Of a DNA stretch of 32,000 nt, positions 1-7,964 are shown piece after piece. The position numbers were made by a program, and so were the translations under genes. The notes under the pieces were generated by a model that saw only the letters and a list, made by a program, of their open reading frames with translations, ran no database searches and had not been told where the DNA came from. Positions within the stretch are counted from its first letter, which is position 1, and each line of letters opens with the position of its first letter. Source of the DNA: Pirellula staleyi DSM 6068 (GTDB lineage: Bacteria > Planctomycetota > Planctomycetia > Pirellulales > Pirellulaceae); contig CP001848.1 in the NCBI GenBank assembly GCA_000025185.1, forward strand, positions 5,640,001-5,672,000. The letters are read 5' to 3'.

Positions 1-1
1 G

Positions 2-313
2 CGAGCCGGTCAGCTGCTCCGCAAGCTGCTCCCTTACGCTTTTCGGTCGTACCGCCGCGAAATGGGGCTCGAAAGCATCTTCCTGCATGATGCTCTGGCC
101 GTGGTAGCAGCCGTCCACCCCGAACTCTTCCCCACTGTCGACATGGCGGGGGACGTGGAGACGATCGGCGAGCTAACGGCGGGGATGACCGTTTTCGATC
201 GCCGCTCGAACTTCCGAGGGCGTGGCGACATGGAAGTGGCGCTCGAAGTCGACATCGCTGCAGCCACCGATTGCATCGTCCGCAGCCTGGCCGAAGCGGG
301 CCGCCAGACGTAA
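2..313 (+). CDS. Nucleoside hydrolase (inosine/uridine-preferring family), C-terminal fragment; 5' end outside window
   Basis: The frame is open from nt 2 with no stop before the listed ORF 62..313. The translation ...IFLHDALAVVAAVHPELF...VETIGELTAGMTVFDRR... resembles (from memory) the C-terminal region of IUNH-family hydrolases. TAA stop at 311-313. Confidence 0.6.
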   Translation, partial: RAGQLLRKLLPYAFRSYRREMGLESIFLHDALAVVAAVHPELFPTVDMAGDVETIGELTAGMTVFDRRSNFRGRGDMEVALEVDIAAATDCIVRSLAEAGRQT

Positions 314-555
314 CTTCCAAACAGTCAACGACTTACAGTCGACCACCAGTCTTGGCCTGCGCACTCTTCCCAGCTTACCGCAGGCGATGAGAGCCGAGCT
401 GCGATCGGCCTCACTGCCGCCCCGGATGGAAGTCTGGGTAAGCTGAAGCGGTCTTACCGCCGAAAATTGAGCTTCGATCGCGTAATCGCTCGAGAAAGCG
501 CGAACCAACGACCGACCATTAACGTTCGAAGTAGGGCGCTGATGTGCCCCGTAGA

Positions 556-587
556 AACTTGACACGTCAAGTTGCGCAAGTTCTACT
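556..587 (+). promoter_or_regulatory. Candidate sigma-70-type promoter with its -35 embedded in a perfect palindrome (possible operator) upstream of the cytochrome c gene
   Basis: AACTTGAC-AC-GTCAAGTT (556-573) has perfect 8-bp arms. TTGACA at 559-564, a 17-nt spacer, then a weak -10 TCTACT at 582-587. It lies ~130 nt upstream of the ATG at 715. Confidence 0.3.
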
Positions 588-714
588 ACCTGTTCTGCCC
601 GCCGATTGTTCCCACCACAAGTCGAGCTGCGCCATCGCTGCCAAACTTCGAACTTTCGATCTGGGCGTTCACCTATCGGGAACATGGTCTTTCACCCATT
701 GCGGAGTATCGAGG

Positions 715-1104
715 ATGAAGAAGGTTTGCCTGACGTTGGCCGGTGGTCTTTTGGTTGTCGCTCTCATGGCGAGCCAAGCTTCGGCCCTCCCTCCATTCAA
801 CAAAGAATTCACCGCCAAGTACGTCGAAGGCAACAGCAATGCTGCATTCGTCGAAGCTGTTGGCACCGCCAAGTGCAACGCTTGCCACGAAGGTAAGAGC
901 AAGAAGGACAAGAACGAATACGGCAAGGCTGTTGCCAAGTTCTTGACCAAGGCTGACTTCGAAAAGGTGAAGGCCGACGCCGACGCTGCCAAGAAGTACA
1001 TCGTCGAAGGCCTCGAAAAGGCTGCCGCCGAAAAGAACGCTGCTGGCAAGACCTTCGGCGAACTGATCGCCGCTGGCGAACTCCCAGGCGGACCTGCCCA
1101 GTAG
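715..1104 (+). CDS. Small secreted monoheme c-type cytochrome (129 aa)
   Basis: The internal ATG at 715 is in frame with listed ORF 544..1104 and is preceded by GGAG/GAGG. N-terminal signal peptide MKKVCLTLAGGLLVVALMASQASA. Single CxxCH motif (CNACHE). Lys/Ala-rich helical remainder. Followed by an intrinsic terminator. Confidence 0.75.
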   Translation: MKKVCLTLAGGLLVVALMASQASALPPFNKEFTAKYVEGNSNAAFVEAVGTAKCNACHEGKSKKDKNEYGKAVAKFLTKADFEKVKADADAAKKYIVEGLEKAAAEKNAAGKTFGELIAAGELPGGPAQ

Positions 1105-1162
1105 TTTTTCGCCCGCTCGCTTGAGACGCGACTCATCGCCCCTCAAGCTCAGCATGAACATC

Positions 1163-1206
1163 AAACGGCTGACTGGACATCACATCCAGCCAGCCGTTTT
1201 TGTTTT
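1163..1206 (+). terminator. Rho-independent terminator between convergent genes
   Basis: AAACGGCTGACTGG (1163-1176) pairs with CCAGCCAGCCGTTT (1186-1199), a 14-bp stem with one mismatch. It is followed by TTTTTGTTTT. It sits between the cytochrome c stop (1104) and the aldose epimerase stop (1239, minus strand). Confidence 0.65.
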
Positions 1207-1238
1207 CTTGTTGCAGCTTGTCGCTGAGCGACTCGGCT

Positions 1239-2192
1239 CTAGGGGACGCTCGCGACCTCAATCACCACCCGAGCTTCAAAACTTTCCCCCGGCGGAAGGA
1301 TGATCAGCCCGGAATTGTTTTGCGACGTCGCAAGATGGATCGCACCAGGGACGCAGCTGTAGGGCTCGATGCAGATCGCCTCGCGATGGGGCGGCGTATA
1401 GACCACGCATTCACGAAACGGCGATCCAAATCGAATCTTCGTACTGATCTTCGACCCAGGATCAAAAATCTCACTCTCGAACTCACCGCCGGGCATCGCC
1501 AGGTCGGTCAGCACATCGTCGTACTGCATGGCTCCAAACGACTGACCTGCTGCCAGTGTCGCCGCATTCTCGAGGTCGATGACGCGACCACTCGGAATCA
1601 TATCGATCAGCTCCCATTTTTTGGCCGCTGGGATTTTTACGACGCAGTCGCTGGCGGAAGCTCCCCCTTGGGGAACGCGAAAGTAAGGATGGGTCCCGAG
1701 TCCACAAGGAAGCGGCTGACTATCGACATTCGTAGCGACGTAGTCCATCTCCAGCCCACTGCTGGTGAGTCGATACGTTGCCTCGAGCTGAAAGTCGGCC
1801 GGCCACAACTGACGCAGGCTCGGGTCGGATTTAAAGGCCTGAAAACGGGCCTTCACGTGCGACGTCGATTGCTCCACCACTTCCCAGGGGCGCGTGTGGC
1901 AAAAGCCGTGAATCGCATTGCCTTTGTTCTCGGCCGGAAGCTGATATTCCTGGCCATTCCAGCTGAATTTGCCCGCAGCAATGCGTCCTGGGAAGGGAAA
2001 CAGCAGCGGAATTCCGCTGCTGCTCGCGCGAATGGTTCCGGTATGAAAATCGGGATGCGACCAAAGCACATCCACCGACTTGCCACCGACCTGCATCAGC
2101 AGCTTGTAGCAATTCATCCCCAAACTGGCGAGGATCGCGGCTTCACTTCCAGTCGCTTCATCACGCAGCACGACGTTGTGGGGTGCAGTCAT
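1239..2192 (-). CDS. Aldose 1-epimerase family protein
   Basis: 317 aa with an ATG start. Family-typical stretches are present: ...GIPLLFPFPGRI..., ...NAIHGFCHTRPWEVV..., ...LGTHPYFRVP..., ...IEPYSCVPGAI.... The long + strand ORF 1200..2405 is its antisense shadow. Confidence 0.85.
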   Translation of the reverse strand: MTAPHNVVLRDEATGSEAAILASLGMNCYKLLMQVGGKSVDVLWSHPDFHTGTIRASSSGIPLLFPFPGRIAAGKFSWNGQEYQLPAENKGNAIHGFCHTRPWEVVEQSTSHVKARFQAFKSDPSLRQLWPADFQLEATYRLTSSGLEMDYVATNVDSQPLPCGLGTHPYFRVPQGGASASDCVVKIPAAKKWELIDMIPSGRVIDLENAATLAAGQSFGAMQYDDVLTDLAMPGGEFESEIFDPGSKISTKIRFGSPFRECVVYTPPHREAICIEPYSCVPGAIHLATSQNNSGLIILPPGESFEARVVIEVASVP

Positions 2193-2247
2193 TTTCTTCG
2201 TAACTTTCTCGAGAGCGGTCGGTGTGAAAAATCGAGCGAGAAACCGA

Positions 2248-3246
2248 TCAAGATCGAGATGGCAACCGATCGGTCAGCTGGGCCGCTTGTGGCGGAGGAT
2301 TGCGTTTCTTTCGCGCCGCTTCTCGCCCGGCGTGATGCATGCCGGTCATCAGCACGACAGTCGCCACCATCAGAATCATCGCGCGGATCATATCGCGCCG
2401 CGTAACATCCCCCAGCGCAATGGCGGCGAGTTGCCGCATCAACCAAAACGCTGCGCCAAGCGAGAGCAAAAACAGCGTGGTGGCAATCGGATCGCTCCCC
2501 ATCAGCTGCGACTGAAGACCAGTTCCCATCACCGACAGCGACCACAAACCGGTCGGGAGTTGCAGCAGCGTGGGCCCCAGCGAGAGCCAGGCACCTGCCA
2601 CGGCCAGCCCTTCCCCTTCGCGCCGAGCCGTTTCGTCCTCTCCCGCTTGTTTCATCACTCGCAGTGCATAACCGAGCACCATCATGCCACTCACGGCCAA
2701 ACAGGCGAGCACCACATGCACGGCGACACTCGCAATCTCCCCTCGCACCAGTTGCTCGCGGAACAAAGCCCCCTTGATTGGCTCGCCGCTGATTGCCGCT
2801 TCATCACGCAGCGTCGAGCCGATGAGAAACAGCACCGGAAAGTGATAGAGCAAGTTGGTGCCAGCAAACAGGAGCAGCCCCATTCGCGAAAGGAACGCCC
2901 AGCGACCGATCGCTCCTGGGGCAGCCCAGTAGCGGTAGACCACCATGATCGCTAGCGAAATCAGCAGTTCGAGCGTCGCCATCTCGGCCTTGTGACGCAG
3001 CCGAGTGGTCCATAACTGGGCGAACTCCGGCGAGTAGAGGAGCGCGACAAGTACGGCTCCTAGCAGCGAACCAATCAGCAGACCGGCAATCGTGGCGCTG
3101 GCCAAATAGTTGGCAGCACCGCGCCACAGCGAACTGCCGCGCGACGCTTTCCACTCGAGAAACATCAGTGTGATCGGTCCCCCCGCCCCGACATTCATGG
3201 CCAGCAGGTGGGCGGAGAGAATCAGGATATGCAGAGCAAAGACCAA
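2248..3246 (-). CDS. Polytopic inner-membrane protein of unknown function (~8 predicted TM helices)
   Basis: 332 aa and almost entirely hydrophobic helices. TTG start at 3246 preceded by GAGGA with 8-nt spacing. Lies 55 nt upstream of the epimerase on the same strand (probable operon). No family recognised by eye. Confidence 0.6.
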   Translation of the reverse strand: MVFALHILILSAHLLAMNVGAGGPITLMFLEWKASRGSSLWRGAANYLASATIAGLLIGSLLGAVLVALLYSPEFAQLWTTRLRHKAEMATLELLISLAIMVVYRYWAAPGAIGRWAFLSRMGLLLFAGTNLLYHFPVLFLIGSTLRDEAAISGEPIKGALFREQLVRGEIASVAVHVVLACLAVSGMMVLGYALRVMKQAGEDETARREGEGLAVAGAWLSLGPTLLQLPTGLWSLSVMGTGLQSQLMGSDPIATTLFLLSLGAAFWLMRQLAAIALGDVTRRDMIRAMILMVATVVLMTGMHHAGREAARKKRNPPPQAAQLTDRLPSRS

Positions 3247-3541
3247 CGGAGTAGTCCTCGGTGGAGTGAATCGTCGGCAGTTCGAACCTTAGCGGTCCGA
3301 ATCGGAGTGAGGGTCAAGCATGAAGCTCAACCGATTAGTATAGCGACCCGTCTTCAGCATGCAGACTAGCGCTGCTCGAACTCGCGAAAGAGCCGATTTG
3401 GAGCCCTCGAGTGCGAATTCTAGGGTTAGCAGCAGCAGGGTTTTCGATTATCCTAGGCATACGAATTATGCCACTTTATCCGCTGCGCGAACCGATCGAT
3501 GTCAGCGGCAACACGCGACTTACCTTTCAGACGGATCTGAC

Positions 3542-4543
3542 GTGAAGCAAGCCATCACCTGCGTGATTCCGGTGCTCAATGAAGCGGAGAGCCTTCGTCC
3601 GCTCTATCAGGAGATCATGACGGTCGCTACCGAGCAAAACTACGATCTGGAGATCGTGTTTGTCGACGACGGAAGCACCGATTCATCGTGGAAAGTCATC
3701 GAGTCGCTGGTCGAGGAAGATCCTCGCGTGCAAGCGATTCGTTTTCGTCGCAACTTCGGAAAAGCGGCTGCACTCTCGGCTGGTTTTGCTGCCGCCACGG
3801 GCGACATCGTCTTCACCCTCGATGCCGACCTGCAAGACGATCCGCAAGAGATGCCCCGATTCCTCGAAGAGATGGACCGTGGCTTCGACGTGGTGAGTGG
3901 CTGGAAGCAAGTGCGGCACGACCCCTGGCACAAAGTGGGCCCCTCGCGCGTTTTCAATTGGCTGGTGGGTCGACTCACTGGCGTGAAACTGCACGATCAC
4001 AACTGCGGCTTCAAATGCTATCGACGCGAGATTTTTGAGGAAGTCCGAATCTACGGCGAACTCCATCGCTTTGTCCCTGTCCTCGCTGCCGCGCGCGGCT
4101 GGAAGGTGAGCGAGATCATCGTGAACCATCGGGCTCGCAAGTTCGGCAGCTCGAAATATGGTGTCTCGCGCATCGTGAAAGGCTTTCTCGATCTCCTCAC
4201 GGTGTACTTCCTCACCGGATTCAATCAGCGTCCACAACACTTGCTCGGTACGCTCGGCATCCTGTCGTTCGTGGCAGGCTCGCTTGCGCTGGTCTATCTC
4301 GCAGGGTGCTGGGTCGTCGATAAAATGAATCCAGCCCTTGAGATCACCGATCTGCATCAGCGTCCCGCTGTGATGTACTCGATTGCGCTGCTGCTCCTTG
4401 GCGCGCAGCTGATCTCGATGGGCTTCCTGGCCGAACTCATCACGTCGTACTACGGCCGCAACAGTGTGACCTATAGCGTGAAGGCGCGGATTGGTAAGCC
4501 CAAGCACCCAGTCAGTGGCGAGAGTGAGACTGCTGCGTCATGA
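3542..4543 (+). CDS. GT2 polyprenol-phosphate glycosyltransferase (GtrB/ArnC/DPM1-like)
   Basis: Contains ...CVIPVLNEAESL..., FVDDGSTD and DADLQDDPQEMPRF, plus two C-terminal TM helices typical of polyprenyl-phosphate sugar synthases. I chose the GTG at 3542 as the start. The listed ATG at 3359 would add ~60 aa of atypical Arg/Ser-rich sequence. The start is uncertain. Confidence 0.85.
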   Translation: MKQAITCVIPVLNEAESLRPLYQEIMTVATEQNYDLEIVFVDDGSTDSSWKVIESLVEEDPRVQAIRFRRNFGKAAALSAGFAAATGDIVFTLDADLQDDPQEMPRFLEEMDRGFDVVSGWKQVRHDPWHKVGPSRVFNWLVGRLTGVKLHDHNCGFKCYRREIFEEVRIYGELHRFVPVLAAARGWKVSEIIVNHRARKFGSSKYGVSRIVKGFLDLLTVYFLTGFNQRPQHLLGTLGILSFVAGSLALVYLAGCWVVDKMNPALEITDLHQRPAVMYSIALLLLGAQLISMGFLAELITSYYGRNSVTYSVKARIGKPKHPVSGESETAAS

Positions 4544-6177
4544 GCGACGATCGCCACGCGCTCTCGACAGGCCAGGACGCCGCACGATTTCGATGGATCA
4601 TCTATTTGCTGCTGATTTTTCTCAGCAGTGGAACGATGCTCGCGCGGATCATGCAGGTTCGATCTCCGAGTCGCAGCGATCCCTCCCCTTTGCTCAGCGC
4701 GAACGACCGAAGTCGCTGGTGCACTATTCGCGCCCTCGTTGATCATGGCACCTACGCCATCGACAACATCATGTTCAAGCCCGATGGGTCGCGCAATCGG
4801 GCATGGCACACGATCGATGCGGTAAAGCATCGCGGCGCCGATGGCCGCGAGCACTACTACTCAAGTAAGCCAACCCTCTACACCACGCTCCTGGCCGCTC
4901 CTTACTGGGTGATCAAGAACGTGAGTGGCGCGACGCTCGAAAAGCGAACCTTCGACGTCGTTCGCACCATGCTGATCATCGTGAACTTGCTCCCACTTGT
5001 GCTGGCGATGTTCATCCTCGCGCGACTCGCCGAGCACTGGGGAACCAGCCACTTCGATCGCATCGTTGTGGTGGCTACATTTGCCTTCGGCACACCACTC
5101 ACCACATTTGTGGTGACACTCAACAACCACTTGCCCGCCGCCATCACGCTGGTGTTTGCGATCGCAGCAGCGCGTCCTATGCTCGAAGGAAAATCGGCGC
5201 CACTCTGGCGTTATTTCCTCGCGGGACTTTTTGCTGCTGCCACATTGGCGAATGAACTTCCAGCCCTTTCGTTCCTGGTGCTCCTCGGCGCAGTGCTGCT
5301 GCTACAGGACTGGAAGCGAACGCTGCTCGGCTATGTGCCTGCGATCGCCATCATCGCAGCGGGGATGTTTGGCACGAACCTTGTCGCGCATGGAAGTTGG
5401 CGTACTCCTTATGCCCATCGCAGCGATGGTCCCCTGCTCGCGACAATCGACTCCGCGAGCCAAACCGATCTCGATGCGCAGCGTGTTCCTGCTGGACTCC
5501 TGCAACTCGCCAGTGACCATGCAGCCGAGCCGCTGAAGGCTCGCACCATGATTCTCGAGCGAGAACCTGCGCGCCGCTGGATCTTGTGGGACTTCGATAC
5601 CCAGCAACGTTTTGCACTGGTGATGCGCGATGACGGGAGCGCCATTGAACTCCGCGCGTGGGACAACTGGTACGACTATGCCGGAAGCTACTGGACGCGC
5701 GAACGGCTCGAAGGGGTCGATCGAGGCGAAGCATCGCGGCTCGTTTACTTCTTCCACTGCACATTCGGGCATCACGGCTTATTCTCGCTTGCGCCGATCC
5801 TGCTGATCAGCGCCATCGGCGCACTGCTGTGGCTCGGCAACTTCAATCTGCAGCAGCGGCGACTTACCTCAGGCCTCGCCCTCAGCACCGTTTTGCTCAC
5901 GGTCGTATGCCTAGCGTTTTATATCAGCCGACCTTTAATTGACCGAAATTACGGAGGTGTCTGCTGCTGTTTACGCTGGATGCTGTGGCTCGCTCCCCTC
6001 TGGATGCTCGTCATGTTTCCAGCACTAGCACGTGCCGAAAAGAAATTTTCTCTCGTCGTGGTAGTCCTCTTTCTGCTCGCTGCCAGCGTCTTTTCGGCCC
6101 AGTACGCAACTGCCAATCCTTGGTCCCACCCTTGGATTTACGACTACTGGATGCAACTCGGCTGGATTGCACACTGA
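4540..6177 (+). CDS. Large polytopic membrane protein, putative GT-C-fold (ArnT/PMT-like) glycosyltransferase
   Basis: 545 aa. The start overlaps the GT2 stop (ATGA at 4540-4543). More than 10 hydrophobic helices, with a ~100-aa soluble insert at roughly aa 300-395. The function is inferred mainly from the coupling to a polyprenol-P GT2. The CDS call itself is solid. Confidence 0.65.
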   Translation: MSDDRHALSTGQDAARFRWIIYLLLIFLSSGTMLARIMQVRSPSRSDPSPLLSANDRSRWCTIRALVDHGTYAIDNIMFKPDGSRNRAWHTIDAVKHRGADGREHYYSSKPTLYTTLLAAPYWVIKNVSGATLEKRTFDVVRTMLIIVNLLPLVLAMFILARLAEHWGTSHFDRIVVVATFAFGTPLTTFVVTLNNHLPAAITLVFAIAAARPMLEGKSAPLWRYFLAGLFAAATLANELPALSFLVLLGAVLLLQDWKRTLLGYVPAIAIIAAGMFGTNLVAHGSWRTPYAHRSDGPLLATIDSASQTDLDAQRVPAGLLQLASDHAAEPLKARTMILEREPARRWILWDFDTQQRFALVMRDDGSAIELRAWDNWYDYAGSYWTRERLEGVDRGEASRLVYFFHCTFGHHGLFSLAPILLISAIGALLWLGNFNLQQRRLTSGLALSTVLLTVVCLAFYISRPLIDRNYGGVCCCLRWMLWLAPLWMLVMFPALARAEKKFSLVVVVLFLLAASVFSAQYATANPWSHPWIYDYWMQLGWIAH

Positions 6178-6220
6178 TCGCTGCTTGAGCGGTTTTGGCA
6201 CCTTCTTGCAATATTTTTTG

Positions 6221-6248
6221 TTGCCCTGGCTTGCCGCCTGCCTATAAA
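6221..6248 (+). promoter_or_regulatory. Candidate sigma-70-type promoter for the fasciclin gene
   Basis: TTGCCC (6221-6226), a 16-nt spacer, then TATAAA (6243-6248). Lies ~130 nt upstream of the ATG at 6378. Confidence 0.3.
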
Positions 6249-6377
6249 TCCACAGCTTCTCACGGCGACTTGTTCACCTGCTCATCGTCTAGGGCCCTCG
6301 ATCGCGGGTCGTTAGTCGCCACGCACGAAGCATCTACCCGAGCGCAAAACAATTCACATGTTTGGAGTCTCCGTATC

Positions 6378-6878
6378 ATGAAAAGCTTTCTCTCAATCCT
6401 GTCGATTACCGCATTTCTCTTCGCCGCCACCATCGTGAGCGCTGAAGACAAAGCCCCAGCTAAGCCAGCCAAACCAGCAGGCGACATCGTCGACACCGCT
6501 GTCGGTGCCGGTAGCTTCAAGACCCTCGTAGCTGCAGTGAAGGCCGCCGGTCTTGTCGAAACCCTCAAGGGTGAAGGTCCTTTCACCGTATTCGCTCCCA
6601 CCGATGAAGCCTTCGCTAAGCTCCCAGCTGGCACCGTCGAAGCCCTGCTGAAGGACAAGGAAAAGCTCACCGCAATCCTCACCTATCACGTCGTTCCAGG
6701 TAAGGTGATGGCTGCTGATGTCGTGAAGCTCAAGAGTGCCAAGACCGTCAATGGCAAAGAAGTCACGATCACCGTCTCGGAAGGTAGCGTGAAGGTCAAC
6801 GATGCCAACGTCGTGAAGACCGATATCGAAACCACCAATGGCGTGATCCATGTGATCGACACCGTCATTCTCCCCTAG
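6378..6878 (+). CDS. Secreted fasciclin (FAS1) domain protein
   Basis: The internal ATG at 6378 is in frame with listed ORF 6195..6878. Signal peptide [22 protein letters not shown]. Classic FAS1 motifs are present: [33 protein letters not shown]. Confidence 0.9.
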   Translation: MKSFLSILSITAFLFAATIVSAEDKAPAKPAKPAGDIVDTAVGAGSFKTLVAAVKAAGLVETLKGEGPFTVFAPTDEAFAKLPAGTVEALLKDKEKLTAILTYHVVPGKVMAADVVKLKSAKTVNGKEVTITVSEGSVKVNDANVVKTDIETTNGVIHVIDTVILP

Positions 6879-6889
6879 TACTGTCCGCT

Positions 6890-6911
6890 AGAGCTCACCA
6901 TTGTGAGCTCT
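6890..6911 (+). terminator. Perfect 9-bp hairpin just after the fasciclin stop
   Basis: AGAGCTCAC (6890-6898), loop CATT, then GTGAGCTCT (6903-6911). There is no U-tract, so terminator function is uncertain. Confidence 0.3.
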
Positions 6912-6947
6912 CTCTGCAACAGATTCATTGAATCTTGTTTGGGTTGG

Positions 6948-7004
6948 CGACCGCCACACGTAGCATTCCTCCGCCTTGCTACTTTGTGGCGGTCGTCGTT
7001 TCTT
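6948..7004 (+). terminator. Stem-loop with a U-rich tail (candidate terminator)
   Basis: CGACCGCCACA (6948-6958) pairs with TGTGGCGGTCG (6985-6995). The loop is 26 nt. Followed by TCGTTTCTT. Confidence 0.4.
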
Positions 7005-7024
7005 GACCTACTCGTGAGAATGCA

Positions 7025-7771
7025 ATGACCGACACCACTTTGCCAAAGATTGCTCTCGTTACCGGAGCCCGGGGAGGCATTGGTCAAGCTGTGGTACAGG
7101 GCTTGGTGGCACGCGGCTACGTGGTATACGGCGGTGGCCGGAACCTGGAACAGACCGCTGCAGCGATCCAGCCGCTCGGGGCTCGCGCCATCGAGCTCGA
7201 TCCCACCAATCTCGAGTCCACCGCTGCTGCGATCGAGACGATTGCCACCGAGCATGGCACGCTGCATGCGGCGGCACATTGCGTCGGCTCTTTGCTGCTA
7301 AAGCCAGCGCATCTGACGTCGGCTGCTGAGTGGGACAGCGTGCTGCTGACCAACCTCACCTCGGCATTCTACTTGCTGCGAAGCGTGGTCCCGAAAATGA
7401 CCGCAGGTGGCAGCGTGGTGCTGGTGAGCAGCGTCGCAGCCCAAACTGGACTAGCTAATCACGAAGCGATTGCTGCTGCCAAGGCCGGAATTTCAGGCCT
7501 CGCGCGTAGCGCTGCGGCCAGTTACGCGCAGCGTGGCATACGGGTCAACGCAGTTGCACCCGGACTCACACAAACACCTCTCACGACCAAACTCACCGCG
7601 AGCGAACCGGCCCTCAAAGCCTCGATTGCGATGCACCCGCTCGGTCGACTCGGTCAAGCGGACGATATCGCCTCCGCCATCTGCTACCTCCTCTCGAGCG
7701 ACGCCGCCTGGGTGACCGGACAAGTGCTGGGAGTCGATGGCGGCCTCGGAACCGTTCGTCCACGAGGCTAG
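7025..7771 (+). CDS. Short-chain dehydrogenase/reductase (SDR) family oxidoreductase
   Basis: 248 aa. Contains TGARGGIG (Rossmann fold), the NLTSAF region, an S...YxxxK-type active-site region (SSVAAQTG...YAAAKAG) and a C-terminal ...WVTGQVLGVDGG. Confidence 0.9.
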   Translation: MTDTTLPKIALVTGARGGIGQAVVQGLVARGYVVYGGGRNLEQTAAAIQPLGARAIELDPTNLESTAAAIETIATEHGTLHAAAHCVGSLLLKPAHLTSAAEWDSVLLTNLTSAFYLLRSVVPKMTAGGSVVLVSSVAAQTGLANHEAIAAAKAGISGLARSAAASYAQRGIRVNAVAPGLTQTPLTTKLTASEPALKASIAMHPLGRLGQADDIASAICYLLSSDAAWVTGQVLGVDGGLGTVRPRG

Positions 7772-7964
7772 TACCGATAGCCCCATGGTGGGGCGCTCTG
7801 ACCGCCTTCACTAAATAATCTCCTTGTTTTTCCGATGTCCAGGAACGCTTTTCTGGGCACTTTTTGCGCGAAGATCCTTGGAGAACTCCGGCCAGCGATT
7901 TCGGTTAGAATTTGGTGACCTCTCCGAGCCCGACAAGCCGCCCGTTTTCTTCGAGGGAATTTCG

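Noticed and set aside
173-685. 170-aa minus-strand ORF across the nucleoside hydrolase 3' end and the downstream gap
   Set aside because: It overlaps the hydrolase coding frame in antisense and has an Arg/Gly-rich, motif-free product. No start signal.
1200-2405. 401-aa plus-strand ORF overlapping the aldose epimerase gene and the 3' end of the membrane-protein gene
   Set aside because: It is antisense to two well-supported minus-strand genes and crosses their intergenic gap. Its composition is Arg-rich and motif-free.
3359-3541. N-terminal extensions implied by the ORF-track starts (3359 for the GT2; likewise 544, 6195, 7824, 13052, 14653, 14952, 17547, 20065, 26221)
   Set aside because: Several are TTG/GTG codons or lie far upstream of the conserved domain start. 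The extensions are Arg/Ser-rich, overlap upstream genes or lack an SD. Internal starts with signal peptides, SD-like sequences or family-typical N-termini were preferred. The GT2 start remains the least certain.
6196-6210. TGGCACCTTCTTGCA upstream of the fasciclin gene, which resembles a sigma-54 promoter
   Set aside because: The GG-to-GC spacing is one nucleotide shorter than the consensus (9 intervening nt instead of 10), and sigma-54 spacing is strict. There is no functional link to an activator. I kept only a low-confidence sigma-70-type call nearby.
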